Made by a program: the position numbers and the translations under genes. A DNA stretch of 64,000 bases from Chrysomallon squamiferum (Eukaryota > Animalia > Mollusca): assembly GCA_012295275.1 (NCBI GenBank), contig CM022674.1:13020001-13084000 (forward strand), given 5' to 3'. Positions 1 through 12,437 of this stretch are shown here, one piece after another; positions within the stretch are counted from its first letter, which is position 1; each line of letters begins with the position of its first letter. The notes under the pieces are model-generated. The model did no database searches. It saw only the letters and a list, made by a program, of their open reading frames with translations, and had not been told where the DNA came from.

Positions 1-142
1 GCATGTGTTGTTTTTTTAGGTTTAAATGTCGGCCTCAGTGAGTGTGTCTGTACCACGTTTGTGTTTACGTTTTCCCGTCGTACAGACCTGCCTGGTTGTG
101 AGTCAGGCTTATCAAGTCTGATGTGTAGAAATCCAGTTCAAT

Positions 143-146
<4 letters not shown>

Positions 147-233
<87 letters not shown>

Positions 234-271
234 ATTCTCTCTTTAACTCCTCTCTCCTTCTTTATTTCGTT

Positions 272-349
<78 letters not shown>

Positions 350-384
350 GTCTGTCTGTCTGTGTGTGTGTGTGTATATATATA
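147..384. repeat. Compound microsatellite (CT)n/(CTGT)n/(GT)n/(AT)n
   Basis: Directly visible. Confidence 0.95.
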
Positions 385-801
385 TTGGTTTTTGTATAAG
401 TTTTAGAAGAATTTATCTGTCATTTTGTCACATTACTCATTTTTTTTCTCTGTTTTATAAAGTTCTGCTAAGGAAATCCTTCAACAAGTAGACTTTTCGG
501 TATGGGATATAAATAATTCTGTCGTAAGATTCTGTGTTGTTAATAAGTGATATCGAAATTTACTGTGTCTGGGATGGTTACAGTTATAGTTGCTCGCCCA
601 CGATATTTTATATTTTGATGGAAGATATTTTAAAGCTGACATCTTGTAGTTTACTGTCTTGTCCCAAAACAAGACAGCGAAAGATCTATTTTATTTTATT
701 TTTTCATTTTTATTTTCATATCTTTCTTAGTTTTTATTGTTAATATCCTCGTCATCATCATCATAATCATCATCTTCATCTTCATTATTATCATCATCAT
801 C

Positions 802-867
<66 letters not shown>

Positions 868-1072
868 TAACACGACCCGAAGATATTTCGACGAAAAATA
901 TACTTTTAAAAAAAAATCTTGAATGAATCTGTGTTAACAACTCTGACTGTTACTTCCTGTTTAATTGACCTGAGGACAAAATTAATGACCTTTGACAGCT
1001 GATTTGTACTTTTACATCTTCAGCAGCTAAAAGATTTTATTCGCATTACAAATTAAACTACACTATAATCAT

Positions 1073-1161
1073 CCCGTGATAGCTCAGTTGGTAGAGCGGA
1101 GGACTGTAGAGGTTTATACAAAGCTATCCTTAGGTCACTGGTTCGAATCCGGTTCGCGGGA
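1073..1161 (+). tRNA. trnY: tRNA-Tyr(GTA), intron-containing (copy 1)
   Basis: Complete cloverleaf: acceptor CCCGTGA/TCGCGGG + A73, A-box TAGCTCAGTTGG, anticodon GTA 1106-1108, 16-nt intron AGGTTTATACAAAGCT (1110-1125) after position 37, B-box GGTTCGAATCC, T-run terminator at 1167-1171. C1:G72 and A73 are eukaryotic Tyr identity elements. Confidence 0.97.
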
Positions 1162-1566
1162 ATTTGTTTTTGGTTTTATTTGTCTACAAATAGATTTATT
1201 AGTGAACATTTTGTATTTCTTGTGTCTGTGTATTCATATATATGTTGGAAGCCGAAATCAGCCGAGTAGTCACGAAGATGACCGAAATGAAAAATAAAAC
1301 ATTAACAGTGAATTAAGTTATACTATTTAAATAAATATCTACTGATTTAACTTTTTTCTTTCTTTCTTTGTCATGTTAATTAAGCATATTAATGTGCTGA
1401 ATTTAACAGTAATAATCTAATCATAAAGGGGAGACAACCGTGTCGAAAACTTCCTGTTTAATTTGACCTCAGGACAAATAACCTTTGACATCACAATTTC
1501 ACCATTTCACTGGTAAGTAGTTAATACATTTTATTTCACATTATGAATTTATCTTTCACATATTAT

Positions 1567-1655
1567 CCCGTGATAGCTCAGTTGGTAGAGCGGAGGACTG
1601 TAGAGGTTTATACAAAGCTATCCTTAGGTCACTGGTTCGAATCCGGTTCGCGGGA
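1567..1655 (+). tRNA. trnY: tRNA-Tyr(GTA), intron-containing (copy 2)
   Basis: Identical to copy 1 over 89 nt and followed by a T-run terminator. Confidence 0.97.
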
Positions 1656-2251
1656 ATATATTTTTTACTTTAATTTCATTGTTTTGGTATTTGTGCGTGT
1701 CTCTGTTTCTGTAAAATTTGCGTGCTCAGAATTAATCATGACACAGAAAGATTTTGTTTTTCAAGTTACTGAACAGAAAATAAATGTGGTAGTTAGGTGG
1801 TTATTTATATAATTATCAAACAAATGATTTCATTCCATAAAAACAGGTTTGAAATCCAAAAAACGACAAGATCTCACTGCGTCCTGTCACCTATATCCCG
1901 TTCCAGACCGTTGCTCACCAACTGTTCTGTTAACAACTTTATTAAGGTTTCTTTCTGTCTAAGGGAAGGTTGCTGTTACGGCTTCTTGCTGTTTTTGAAA
2001 GGAATATAACAAACGAAAACATCGCATTTTCTCTCTCTTTTCGTCTTCAAACAAGAAACTTATAACTGTCCTTATTAAAACATGTTGTCACTTTAAATTA
2101 TTTACAGTCTTCAAGAGAAGATAACCACGACTAACACTTCCTGTTTAACTTGACCTCAGGTCACAGTATTTCACATAACTATTTCACCTTTCAGACTTCT
2201 AATAATTAATTGATGTTACACAACACTGTGAAATTAATGTTTATATATCAT

Positions 2252-2340
2252 CCCGTGATAGCTCAGTTGGTAGAGCGGAGGACTGTAGAGGTTTATACAA
2301 AGCTATCCTTAGGTCACTGTTTCGAATCCGGTTCGCGGGA
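2252..2340 (+). tRNA. trnY: tRNA-Tyr(GTA) with G53>T B-box/T-stem mutation (copy 3); possible pseudogene
   Basis: Same as copy 1 except ACTGTTTCGAAT instead of ACTGGTTCGAAT (position 2320), which breaks the invariant G53:C61 pair. Confidence 0.85.
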
Positions 2341-2746
2341 ATATGTTTTGGTTTTATTTACTTTTATATATATTTCTTGTGTCTGTACATCCATATGTAT
2401 GTTCGAAAGAAGCAAATTAGAGTCAAACGCACTCGAAGATGACCGAAATCAAAACTAAAATATCTAAGGAAGACATTAACAGTCCGTAATGAATTAAGTT
2501 ATTTGATTTATATATATATACTGATTTAACTTTTTTCTTTCTTTCTTTGTCATATTAATTAAGCACTCATGAAAATTTGCTGAATTTAACAGTAATAATC
2601 TAATCATAAAGGGGAGACAACTGTGACGAAAACCTGTTTAATTTGACGTCTTGACAAACGATCTTTAACATAACTATTTCACCTTTTGACTGGTAAGTAA
2701 TTAAAACATTTTATTTCACATCATGAATTTAACTTTCATATATCAT

Positions 2747-2835
2747 CCCTCGATAGCTCAGTTGGTAGAGCGGAGGACTGTAGAGGTTTATACAAAGCTA
2801 TCCTTAGGTCACTGGTTCGAATCCGGTTCGCGGGA
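2747..2835 (+). tRNA. trnY: tRNA-Tyr(GTA), intron-containing, acceptor T4:C69 mismatch (copy 4)
   Basis: 5' strand CCCTCGA against 3' strand TCGCGGG; otherwise identical to copy 1; T-run downstream. Confidence 0.92.
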
Positions 2836-3686
2836 ATTGACTTTTTTATTTTATTAATATTAGAAACCTTAATATACCTCACGTTATATGTTAGTTTTAT
2901 TTATTTATTTATTTATTTACTTTGTTTCGAGTTATCTTTCATGTTTTACCTGCCCCCCCCATCTCTCTGTCTCTCTCATTAATATTTTCTTGTATCACTA
3001 TATATATATATATATATATATCACTGTTGTTGTTGTTGTTGTTTAAGTTTTTCTCAAGAACCAAACTCTATATTATGAAAGAAACAAACTATTCCCCCAC
3101 ACACACACACAAAACAAACAATAACTCCACTAACAAAGAAACAAACAAACCTGCAATAACAACAACAACAAAAACCGTTTTATGGTGGAAGCAGATGTGC
3201 ATGGGCATTAACTGGGTTTTTTTGCTAAGCCGAATTAAGCCGAATGGAGCCGAGTAGAGCCGAACATGTCCGGAGTGAACTATAAACAACAATAGAATAC
3301 TCGTTTTCGTTAACTTTTTAAATGCTGTTTATGTCACTATGTTCATTCTGGTCTCGTAAACATAACAATAATTAACTTATTTTTTTTCTTTTCTTCTTTA
3401 TAAATTAAGAATTGAAGGACGGTGACACGTTTTTTCTGCAGCACCCTTATAAAATATCCCTGGGTTAAAAATCAGTAAAATGCCAAACAGTACCGAACCG
3501 TGGAAACAGCTTGTTTCAATGGAGATGTCAACACCCCTAATCATTTTAAAACGAATTTTATTCTGTTTTAAAATAATCGCAATATATCCGTTCAGAAAAC
3601 AACACCACAGCCTGTTATTGAATAGACTAGTATGATATGGAAACGAAGTAAAATAATACAACGAAGAAAAAACAAAAAAATTATAT

Positions 3687-3775
3687 TCCCGCGAACCGGA
3701 TTCGAACCAGTGACCTAAGGATAGCTTTGTATGAACCTCTACAGTCCTCCGCTCTACCAACTGAGCTATCGAGGG
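3687..3775 (-). tRNA. trnY: tRNA-Tyr(GTA), intron-containing, acceptor T4:C69 mismatch (copy 5)
   Basis: Reverse complement reads CCCTCGATAGCTCAG...CTGTAG[AGGTTCATACAAAGCT]ATCCTT...TCGCGGGA; convergent with copy 4; T7 run downstream on the minus strand. Confidence 0.92.
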
Positions 3776-4539
3776 ATGTTAAAAATATGCTTCAATTAAA
3801 TTATCAGTAGGTAAGAAAATATTTCAAAGCTCCTGAACATTTCACGGATGAATTAGTTTCATTACATGTCACGTGATTTATGCAGCGAGGAATGATGGGA
3901 AGTTTGCTCTAATAGCTCATGTATATCAATTACGTCAGTGATACATTATAGAGACGCTTGTGATCATTATCAATATTATTATTATCAGTAGTTGCAGTAG
4001 TAGTAGTTGTTGTAGTAGTAACAGTATTAATAATGGCAACACTATCGTTGTTACTGTTGCTGTTATAGTTGTCAGCGGTGGAGGAATGACGTCGTTGATG
4101 TTATTTTTGCTGGTCTTGTAATTGCTAGTACTTCTATTATTATTATTAAACTATTTCATCATAAATATCGCTTACTGAAACAGTATATATATTATACACT
4201 GGATGCTGACGTCATCTAGATTTATGTCATGACGTCATCGCGACTTCCAGCCAAATTAAGCCGGTATCTCACGGACGGCCGTGTGCTTTATGTTTTATCA
4301 CGTCCTCCGTTTTATTGCAGATAATACGGTTCTATCTCTGCACTCTCGCGTCTTGGCGGATTACCGCACTAATCCGGTCTAATCCCCTCTCCCTGACAAG
4401 GGGCAGTAAACGAGTCATGACTTTAAATGATCTTATTAAAACGTTTTATTTTTATGTTAAGTTTATTAACCCGTCGGGACTTGAAGCCAAAAATTTTTCT
4501 CGACTTCCCAGCTAATAATTCTATCCCTATCCCTTACCC

Positions 4540-4805
4540 CAGTGGCGGATACAGTAATTCGTAAAGGTGGGGGCGGGTCACAGAGTCTTGACCCCCCCCT
4601 CCGTGATACGAAATGATGGCTGCTACAAGATTATTTGTATTATTATTATAATAATTATTCATATATTTGTTCGTATACTTAAGAATAAACAGAAAAATTT
4701 TTTCATGCTATTAGGTTTGTGGACACTTTAAGCTGATTGTAAGCGATCTTAGCCTTAGAGAGCAGGGTAACCCACCTCTAAAATAACTTCCAGATTCTGC
4801 CCCTG
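4540..4805. mobile_element. Possible decayed MITE
   Basis: Left end CAGTGGCGGATACAG; right end reverse complement CAGGGGCAGAATCTG (10/15 match); GC-rich subterminal run; no target-site duplication. Confidence 0.25.
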
Positions 4806-5218
4806 CATCAGTTATAAAAGATAATGCCAGTAATGCGACCTGTCACGGCTTCTGGGGGTTTAAGGAAATTCTGCCATTTTTATTGGACCAATAAATTTCA
4901 TGGGCGGAGCGGTGCTGAATATTAATGAGGTGAAATTGAGTTGTCGTACGACTGGTTTTCGGTTGCCCCAGTAAACCCCTTGTGTGTATCAGATGTTGTA
5001 ATTGTTTCACGTTGTCTAGTTCAATTAAATACAGAGGGGTGGTTTTTTTTTTTTTTTTTTTTTAAAATTCTGATAAGTTTATTAAAGTTTTATTACGGGT
5101 ATTTTATGAAGATGGGCAGTAAGAAGATATTTTAATTTGTGAAAATGATTTTGTTTCTTTTTCTTTCACACTCTTTCTGTCGATCTGTCTTTCTGGCCAA
5201 ATTCTCACTTTAATACCG

Positions 5219-5271
<53 letters not shown>

Positions 5272-5930
5272 CTTTCTCAGCCTTTCACATTCTGTCTCTC
5301 AGTAAGTGTGTATCTTTACATAATAAACTGAACACTGTCAGCCAACTTTTTAAAACATATCTGTTAACGAATGAATTGCTTTATGTAATACTTCTCTGAA
5401 ATATCCGATATTCCCTTGATATCATTAACTGTCAAAATTACAAAATGTCTTTTTTTTCTTTTTCTTAAATAAAAAAATTGTAAAATAAATAAAAAAACAA
5501 CTAATATATAAGCAAAATATAATTAAACAAATAGATATTATTTCTTTCAAAGAAAAGAATTAAATAGAAAAGTTAGTACAAAGAAATATATAAAGGTCAC
5601 GAAGGTGCAGATAAATAAAATAAAAAAATTATATTCACGTAAATACGTAAACAAAGCTAAATCAAAATTTGTCGAAAGCAACATGAGGAAGTGAAAGTAA
5701 ATATAATAGTAACATCCAGTGTACTTGATAAACAAAGAGAAAATGAAATTCACTAAAATGGTCCCTCGTAACCCCAACAAAATCGTTAAGAAACAAACAT
5801 GATTTCATCAAGAAAATATCACTTATCGATACACAGTATCGATGTTTCTTACAATTATCGCTGACATTTCGTATTAACCCCGACGTAGTTTGAAACTGAC
5901 ACCTTCATTCATGATAAAACCCCGCGTGAT

Positions 5931-5969
<39 letters not shown>

Positions 5970-6618
5970 CAATAATAATAATAAAAACAAACAATAATAA
6001 AAATAATAAAACAACAACATCATCAACATCATCAACAACAACAACAACAACAACAACAATAATAATAATAATAATAATCATAAAAATAATAATAATAATA
6101 ATGACGATAATAATAACAATCTTGTAGATTTCAAGCTTAACGGGACCTATACCGCTTTAAAGAAAATTATCCGCAAATGCACCGTATAACCTCCGCCACA
6201 TTCCGCATTTACTCCGCTTGATTAATTTCAATTAAGTTTTCTTTGTGCCGTTAACGCGACGGTAAATACCTGTTTGTCAGTGTTCTGTGGTGTTTAATAG
6301 ATTTCTGCATTTGGCAGTTTGTAACCCTATGCTGCCGTGAAAAAGCTTTCCAGACGCTGCAGTAGTCGCTGTTATGGCGACGTCGAAAATGACAATCGGA
6401 ATTACACGGTTGAGTGATTGGAAACAGAGAGAGAGAGAGAGAATAAAGTGCAGAGGTAAATTTCTTCCAGGTGTGTCGATCTCCCAGATTGCCACCCACC
6501 TGTAACATCTGTGACGATGATGATGATGATGATAATAAAATAATGATAATAATAATAAAAGATTATCAATCTGTCCAGTCTCGCTATTTCTCTCGCCATC
6601 CCTTCTTCATCTTCCCCA

Positions 6619-6988
<370 letters not shown>

Positions 6989-7267
6989 AGAAATGCCACA
7001 ACACTAAACCAAACATTATTTTGCAGTATGCACGCTCACAATTTCGCTAATTCTTCGGTTCAAGTTCTATCTGCATTCAATGACAAATGTTTGCTCAAAA
7101 AACAAATTAAATCTAAAATTGTTTTTGAATTACACCAGCATTAATTCACTTTGACATTTACATCTTTAGCCATTAAAGTCGGAAAAACGACTGTATGGTT
7201 TCCAGGCCATAAAATAAAGCAGTTTCGCCGTCATTTATAGACTTATTTTGGGCAAACGTCTTCCGGG

Positions 7268-7286
7268 TCGCCAGCAGGTGGCGCTG
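7268..7286 (+). promoter_or_regulatory. CTCF-like site
   Basis: TCGCCAGCAGGTGGCGCTG matches the CCASYAGRKGGCRC core exactly and stands out in AT-rich surroundings. Confidence 0.65.
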
Positions 7287-8928
7287 TTGTCAAAACAAGA
7301 AACGTTTTATATGGCCACTATTCTGTTTAATATCTACATTTGAACGATTAAAAGAAATGTAGTTGTTTTTTTTTTTCTTATTTTAAAAAAAAATAATTAT
7401 TGTAGAATATATTTCTATAAATAAAAAATCTATTAGTTATTTTCATTTACATTATTATTTAAAAGAGAAAAGCATGTTTAGTCCTGTAATCATTTAGATC
7501 GACAATGTTACGTAAAGATAAAGATGTGACTGATGAACTTTTTTTTATTTTTTTTTTTTCTTTCTTATTTTCTTTATGCATAGGTTGTTTATGATTATAA
7601 TTATTATTATTATTTATATATTTTATTTTAATCAATTAATGTTTCTTTATTATGAACTTATTTTGTAATTTATTTATTTATCCATCACTGTAATTTTCAC
7701 TGTAATACAATGACTGGTCATGAGATCAATTCTAGGTTATCAACTCTTCATGGTATTCGTTTTTCCTGTGTATAAGAAACTGCATATAAAACAATATATA
7801 ATTTTGTTAATTGTCAGTAGTCATTCATTCCTTTCATTTCATTTACTTTGGTGGATTTCATTGTCGGTGTCTATGAGAAGGTGCATGTATTTAATATTTA
7901 CAGCTAACGGATAACAGCACACAGACGTATGGCAAAAGCGGTTTCTTGTTTCATACAAGTTTAGAACCAATCACAAAAGGATTAAATTAAGTTTGTATGA
8001 GTATGCCTGTGAGTGTGACAGACAGATAGACGAACAGATAGAAACTGAAAATACGTAGAAAGACAGACACATATAAAAAAAAAACATAGACAAACAGAGA
8101 GAGAGAGAGAGAAAGATAGAGTCAGCGAGATACGATCACAGAACATATCAGTTACATACAGACTGTTGATTTAATCATTCCACAGAGGTGGTCAATGGTT
8201 CTTTATAAATATTAAACAAACTGGAGATGGGTGATTTTAGGGGAGGTAACTAGGGAATACAGATGCGGACTTTCTTTTCAATTTCTAAAGCACCAGTCCT
8301 TCCGCTCTTTCCCAGATAACAATCGAATGAAATATTTATATTGTCAGACCCAAATATCTTCATAAGCTCGCTGGTGTCTGCTGGTGGAGAATAAACGAGT
8401 GTTTGAAACAGATACATTAATGGATTTCCAGATATTAATACGCTCTCTGCCTTCAAATTACGAGACAAAAAGAACGATGGAGAAGATATTACTACGCCAA
8501 ACGGAAACGCGTTCGAGTTACCGGATGTTCAATTATTGAAATGCGTTTATACTCTGATAGGTCCGTGCTCATCGTGGTCACGTGACTGCAAATGAGTGGG
8601 GTGGGGTTGGGGTAGGGGGGTTATGTGAGAATCGTATCCGTAGAATGATGTGTGGTTATCTCGTAGGCGAGAAAGTGTTAAAAAAAAAAAAAAAAAAAAA
8701 AAATGCATTCAGAAATGGTTTTCAAATAGGTTATGGTTTTGTTTTTTTGTGCGGTATCCTGTTTATAGAATGTTTCTTTGACGCCGTAATAAGCTGGACG
8801 GAGTTGATGGGTGTTTAAAAAGTGTTTAAAATGTCATTTAAGAAACGTGAATGTTCCAACGTGTTTATTTCAACGTCTCCGCGAATAATATTTCTATGTA
8901 GAATATCATTAGTTAAATATAAAAAATA

Positions 8929-8966
<38 letters not shown>

Positions 8967-10886
8967 CTCAACCATCCTTGCTGATCCTATTTTTCTTTAT
9001 CTCTCTCTCTCTCTCTCTAATTTCATTTATATTTTTTGTATGATCTTGTTTTTATTTATATGATCAAATCTTTCATATTATCGTTTCAACTCAGATCCAA
9101 ACGATATAAAACGTCTAACTAAACGTAAGAAAATAGTGTTGTTTTCCTTTTTGTTTGATGTTGTTTTTTTTTTTTTATGATTTTCTTTTTTTCTTTTAAT
9201 AAATTTCTAAAATTACATGCCTATTGGGGTGGGGTGTTTATTAGTTTTGTGGTGATTTTAAAAAAAAAAAATTATTTCTTTAGTTGTTTAACGGTCGATA
9301 TACTAACTAATGCGTTCGATGCTCACCTCTCTAACACTAAGAATTTCTTGCATTACATTTTCTTTGAATTTGTATTTTCTCAAGTTTTCAAACAAGCAGC
9401 TAGCGAAGGGTCAGACTTAAGTAAACAAACAGGTTACAATCGGAACTATTTCTCTTTGACGGATGAATAATACGATAATTCGAAAACATGTCCTTGTCGC
9501 AGACGTTCGCCCATTATATATTAAGCTGAAAAGATGACCACGTGTTTGTTTAACCCTTCTTTGCTGAATTCACAGTTCACAGCCGAACCACCAGACGTGT
9601 CTTTTGCGATCGCCCCTGAAAAAGCAGAAGCCTAAAACAACATCACGGTTCATATTTCACTGAATACAGCAATATTCGACACAAAAGAAAGATGGCGGCT
9701 GGTAAACATGTCCTCAGGTGGTTGCCCGGATGACCAGATGCTTAGTTATTATGGGTTCTCGCGTGTCACCTTAAAGCGTTGTCTTGACAAACACAAGATG
9801 TGTTTGCTTCTTTATTTCTCAGCAAAAATTAAAAGCATATCTGCTCGAGGCGTTGGTTGTTTTTCTTCTTGAAGTGTGTTTGACTTGTTTTCGAGATTCA
9901 CCTTTTTCCGTTTCAGTGATTTTTTGGAAGAGGAGTCGGTTTTCGGTTAATAAAATAGGGGTGGACGTTTTATGTTTATGAAGGAAAGGTGTTAGTTCCA
10001 TTAATAATAATAATGATGATAATAATAATAATAATAATAGCGAAGGAAGGAGTAGAAGTAATAGTGGTAGCAGTAGCAGTAGTTGTAATAGTAGTAGTAA
10101 TAGTAGTAGTAGATATAGACATAGTAGTAGGGTTATGGCACTAGTAGTAATTATAATAGTAGTAGTAGTAGTTGTTGTTGTTGTACATAGTAACACAGTG
10201 AATAACGATGCTAACAATGAAAACGTATAGGATGAAGACGACAATGACGACCATGATTATTATTTTACTGAAAACTTGAAAACATGATTTCTTAATTCCA
10301 AGCTGAAATCAAAATCAAATTAAATCAGACACCAGACCCAGAACAATCTGGAATGGGAAAAACAAAATTTGCAAAGGTCACTTTCGTAAATTTAGTTACT
10401 GGAAATTAATTTTGATAAAGTGATTTGACCTGACCTCGCGAGTCTGGTACCGAGTCAAGCACGTGATTTCTTGTTAGTGTCACGTGACTGCAATATTTCA
10501 CAGTCAGAGGCGTCACGTGGCCATTACTTTTCGTTCAGTTAACCATGAACCAACTGAAGCATGAAAGTCATTTTCATTTCTAATATTTTCATGTTGTCTA
10601 ATTTTACTAATTACGTTAATAACAATTATAGGAATATTTATTAATAATTATGTATAAATATTTTGAGAAAAAAAAAATTATCACGGTTTTCGGGACTCCT
10701 TTTAGTGGTTGGAATGGGAAATTACTGACACAGTCTGTCTAGATTGTTTATTACTAACAATATTGTATGAATACTTTTTAGTTTATTCAATGCGGATGCT
10801 ATCTGGCAATGTAACTCATCGCCCTTGGCGGGTCGCTATCTTCAGCTGAACCTAAGACATCACAAGACGTTTTATTTCTTCAGTTT

Positions 10887-10901
10887 ATTGCATCACGTGA
10901 C
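10887..10901 (+). promoter_or_regulatory. Candidate composite C/EBP-ATF + E-box element upstream of tRNA copy 6
   Basis: ATTGCATCACGTGAC at -99..-85; counterparts at nearly the same offset before copies 7, 8 and 9. Function inferred only. Confidence 0.5.
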
Positions 10902-10985
10902 TTTTAATATCCCGCAGTCATAATAAATTAACTGAAGCATGAAAAAAATTATTATTTCTAGTTTGATTTGGATGTAAAATATCAT

Positions 10986-11074
10986 CCCGTGATAGCTCAG
11001 TTGGTAGAGCGGAGGACTGTAGAGGTTTGTACAAAGCTATCCTTAGGTCACTGGTTCGAATCCGGTTCGCGGGA
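10986..11074 (+). tRNA. trnY: tRNA-Tyr(GTA), intron-containing (copy 6)
   Basis: Exons identical to copy 1; intron variant AGGTTTGTACAAAGCT; long T-run terminator. Confidence 0.97.
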
Positions 11075-11210
11075 ATTTGTTTTTTTTTTCCCTTAGTTCA
11101 TTTATTATTAAGTTTAGCTGATGTTTATCATCGGTAACAATAATAATAAAAATAATTTATTTGTTGTCGGATTGGATATGAGTTAGACAATTTATGACAA
11201 AAATTTTATT

Positions 11211-11760
11211 ATTAGAAAATAATTTTGATAAAGTGAATTTGAATGGCATTGCCTAATCTAGTAAAAAAAAAAAAAAAATTAAAGAGGACCTTTTTAAAGG
11301 TATTTCAAGCACTCTAATCTAGAACTTTTGCAATCGTATCGAGCAGCGGGTGGAACGAGAAATAAATTGGATAAACTGTCACAGATACTCAGTTATTAAA
11401 AATAATTTTGATAAAGTGAATTTAAATCGTATTGTCTGAAGAAATTATAAAGCATTGGATTGAAAGTCGACCATGCATGCCTAGCATGGGCTTTCTGCGA
11501 ATACAGGACAGAGCCTGGAAATCAAATTAAATACCTTTTCATTATTAAGGAATAATTAGAATAAAGTGAATTTAAATGGCCCTTCATGAAATACCAGAGA
11601 AACTGATGAATGAGTCTGAGGTTGAAGATCGTTCAAGCACGCCTGCCTGGGGCTTTCGCCGGACGTAGAGCTGTGTTAGAATGGGAAAATAATAAGATTA
11701 AACTCTCATAAAAATGTGGCTGTTAGAAAATAATCTTGATAAAGTGAACTTGAATGACGT
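11211..11760. repeat. Degenerate 150-183 bp tandem repeat with a conserved ~22-bp core
   Basis: AATAATTTTGATAAAGTGAATT-like core at 11218, 11401, 11551 and 11729, with a further copy at 10405. Confidence 0.8.
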
Positions 11761-12437
11761 AGTCTAACGTAGCAAATAAATGGTTCACTACAGCTATGTG
11801 ATCAAAATGACAACAATTTACGAGTTGGTATGTACGCGCTTTTTGCGCTCGTTGTCGTTTTGTATTTGTTGCGTAACGTGGCCATTGATTTCTTTGATTC
11901 ATTAATAAATTAAATAAAGAAGCTATGCGGTTTCGATTTTTTAAATTTAATATAATTTTATTACCATTTTGCCAAAATAATAATAATAGTAATAATAATA
12001 AAATAAAATGAAAAATGAAAAATCGACGCTTTATAACAGTAAAGTTACACAAATTTATTATTAACGTTAACATTAAATAAAATAAGTTATCACTCATTTT
12101 TTGATTTATTTATTTATTTATTAATTTATTTTTATCTGGTATACAAATGATATCTTAAGAACAGTAATTATGTGTATGTTTTTTTCTTTCTTTTTCATTT
12201 TCCTTTCTTTCTGTCTCTTTTTTTTTTTTTTTCTTTGCCCCGCTTTTTCACTGTATCTTTCTTCCTTTGTATTTCTCACTCTGTCCCTCTCTCTCTCTCT
12301 CTCACTGTCTTTCCTTCCTTATCTGATTCTTTCTCTCTCCCTCTGTGTACTTGACTTTTCACTTTCACTGTGTGTTTCGCTTTGTAATTTCTTTTTTAAT
12401 CTTCCTCTATCTGCCTGTAAACCTTTCTCTCACACAG

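Larger units (their letters stand above)
952..2835 (+). repeat. Higher-order tandem duplication of a two-tRNA unit, period about 1180 bp
   Basis: Start-to-start distances are 1073>2252 = 1179 and 1567>2747 = 1180. Spacers 1162-1566 and 2341-2746 align (e.g. TGCTGAATTTAACAGTAATAATCTAATCATAAAGGGGAGACAAC in both). Confidence 0.9.

Noticed and set aside
5621-5645. Resemblance to the 3' end and trailer of tRNA copy 5 (AAAAAAATTATATTC)
   Set aside because: Short AT-rich match with no B-box or further tRNA similarity.
9689-9733. AAGATGGCGGCT as a translation start
   Set aside because: The frame closes after 13 codons with only weak donors; better read as a YY1-like word, of which the window has several.
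11211-11760. CRISPR-like repeat-spacer array
   Set aside because: Eukaryotic context, spacers of 130-160 bp that are partly homologous to each other, degenerate repeats and no cas genes.
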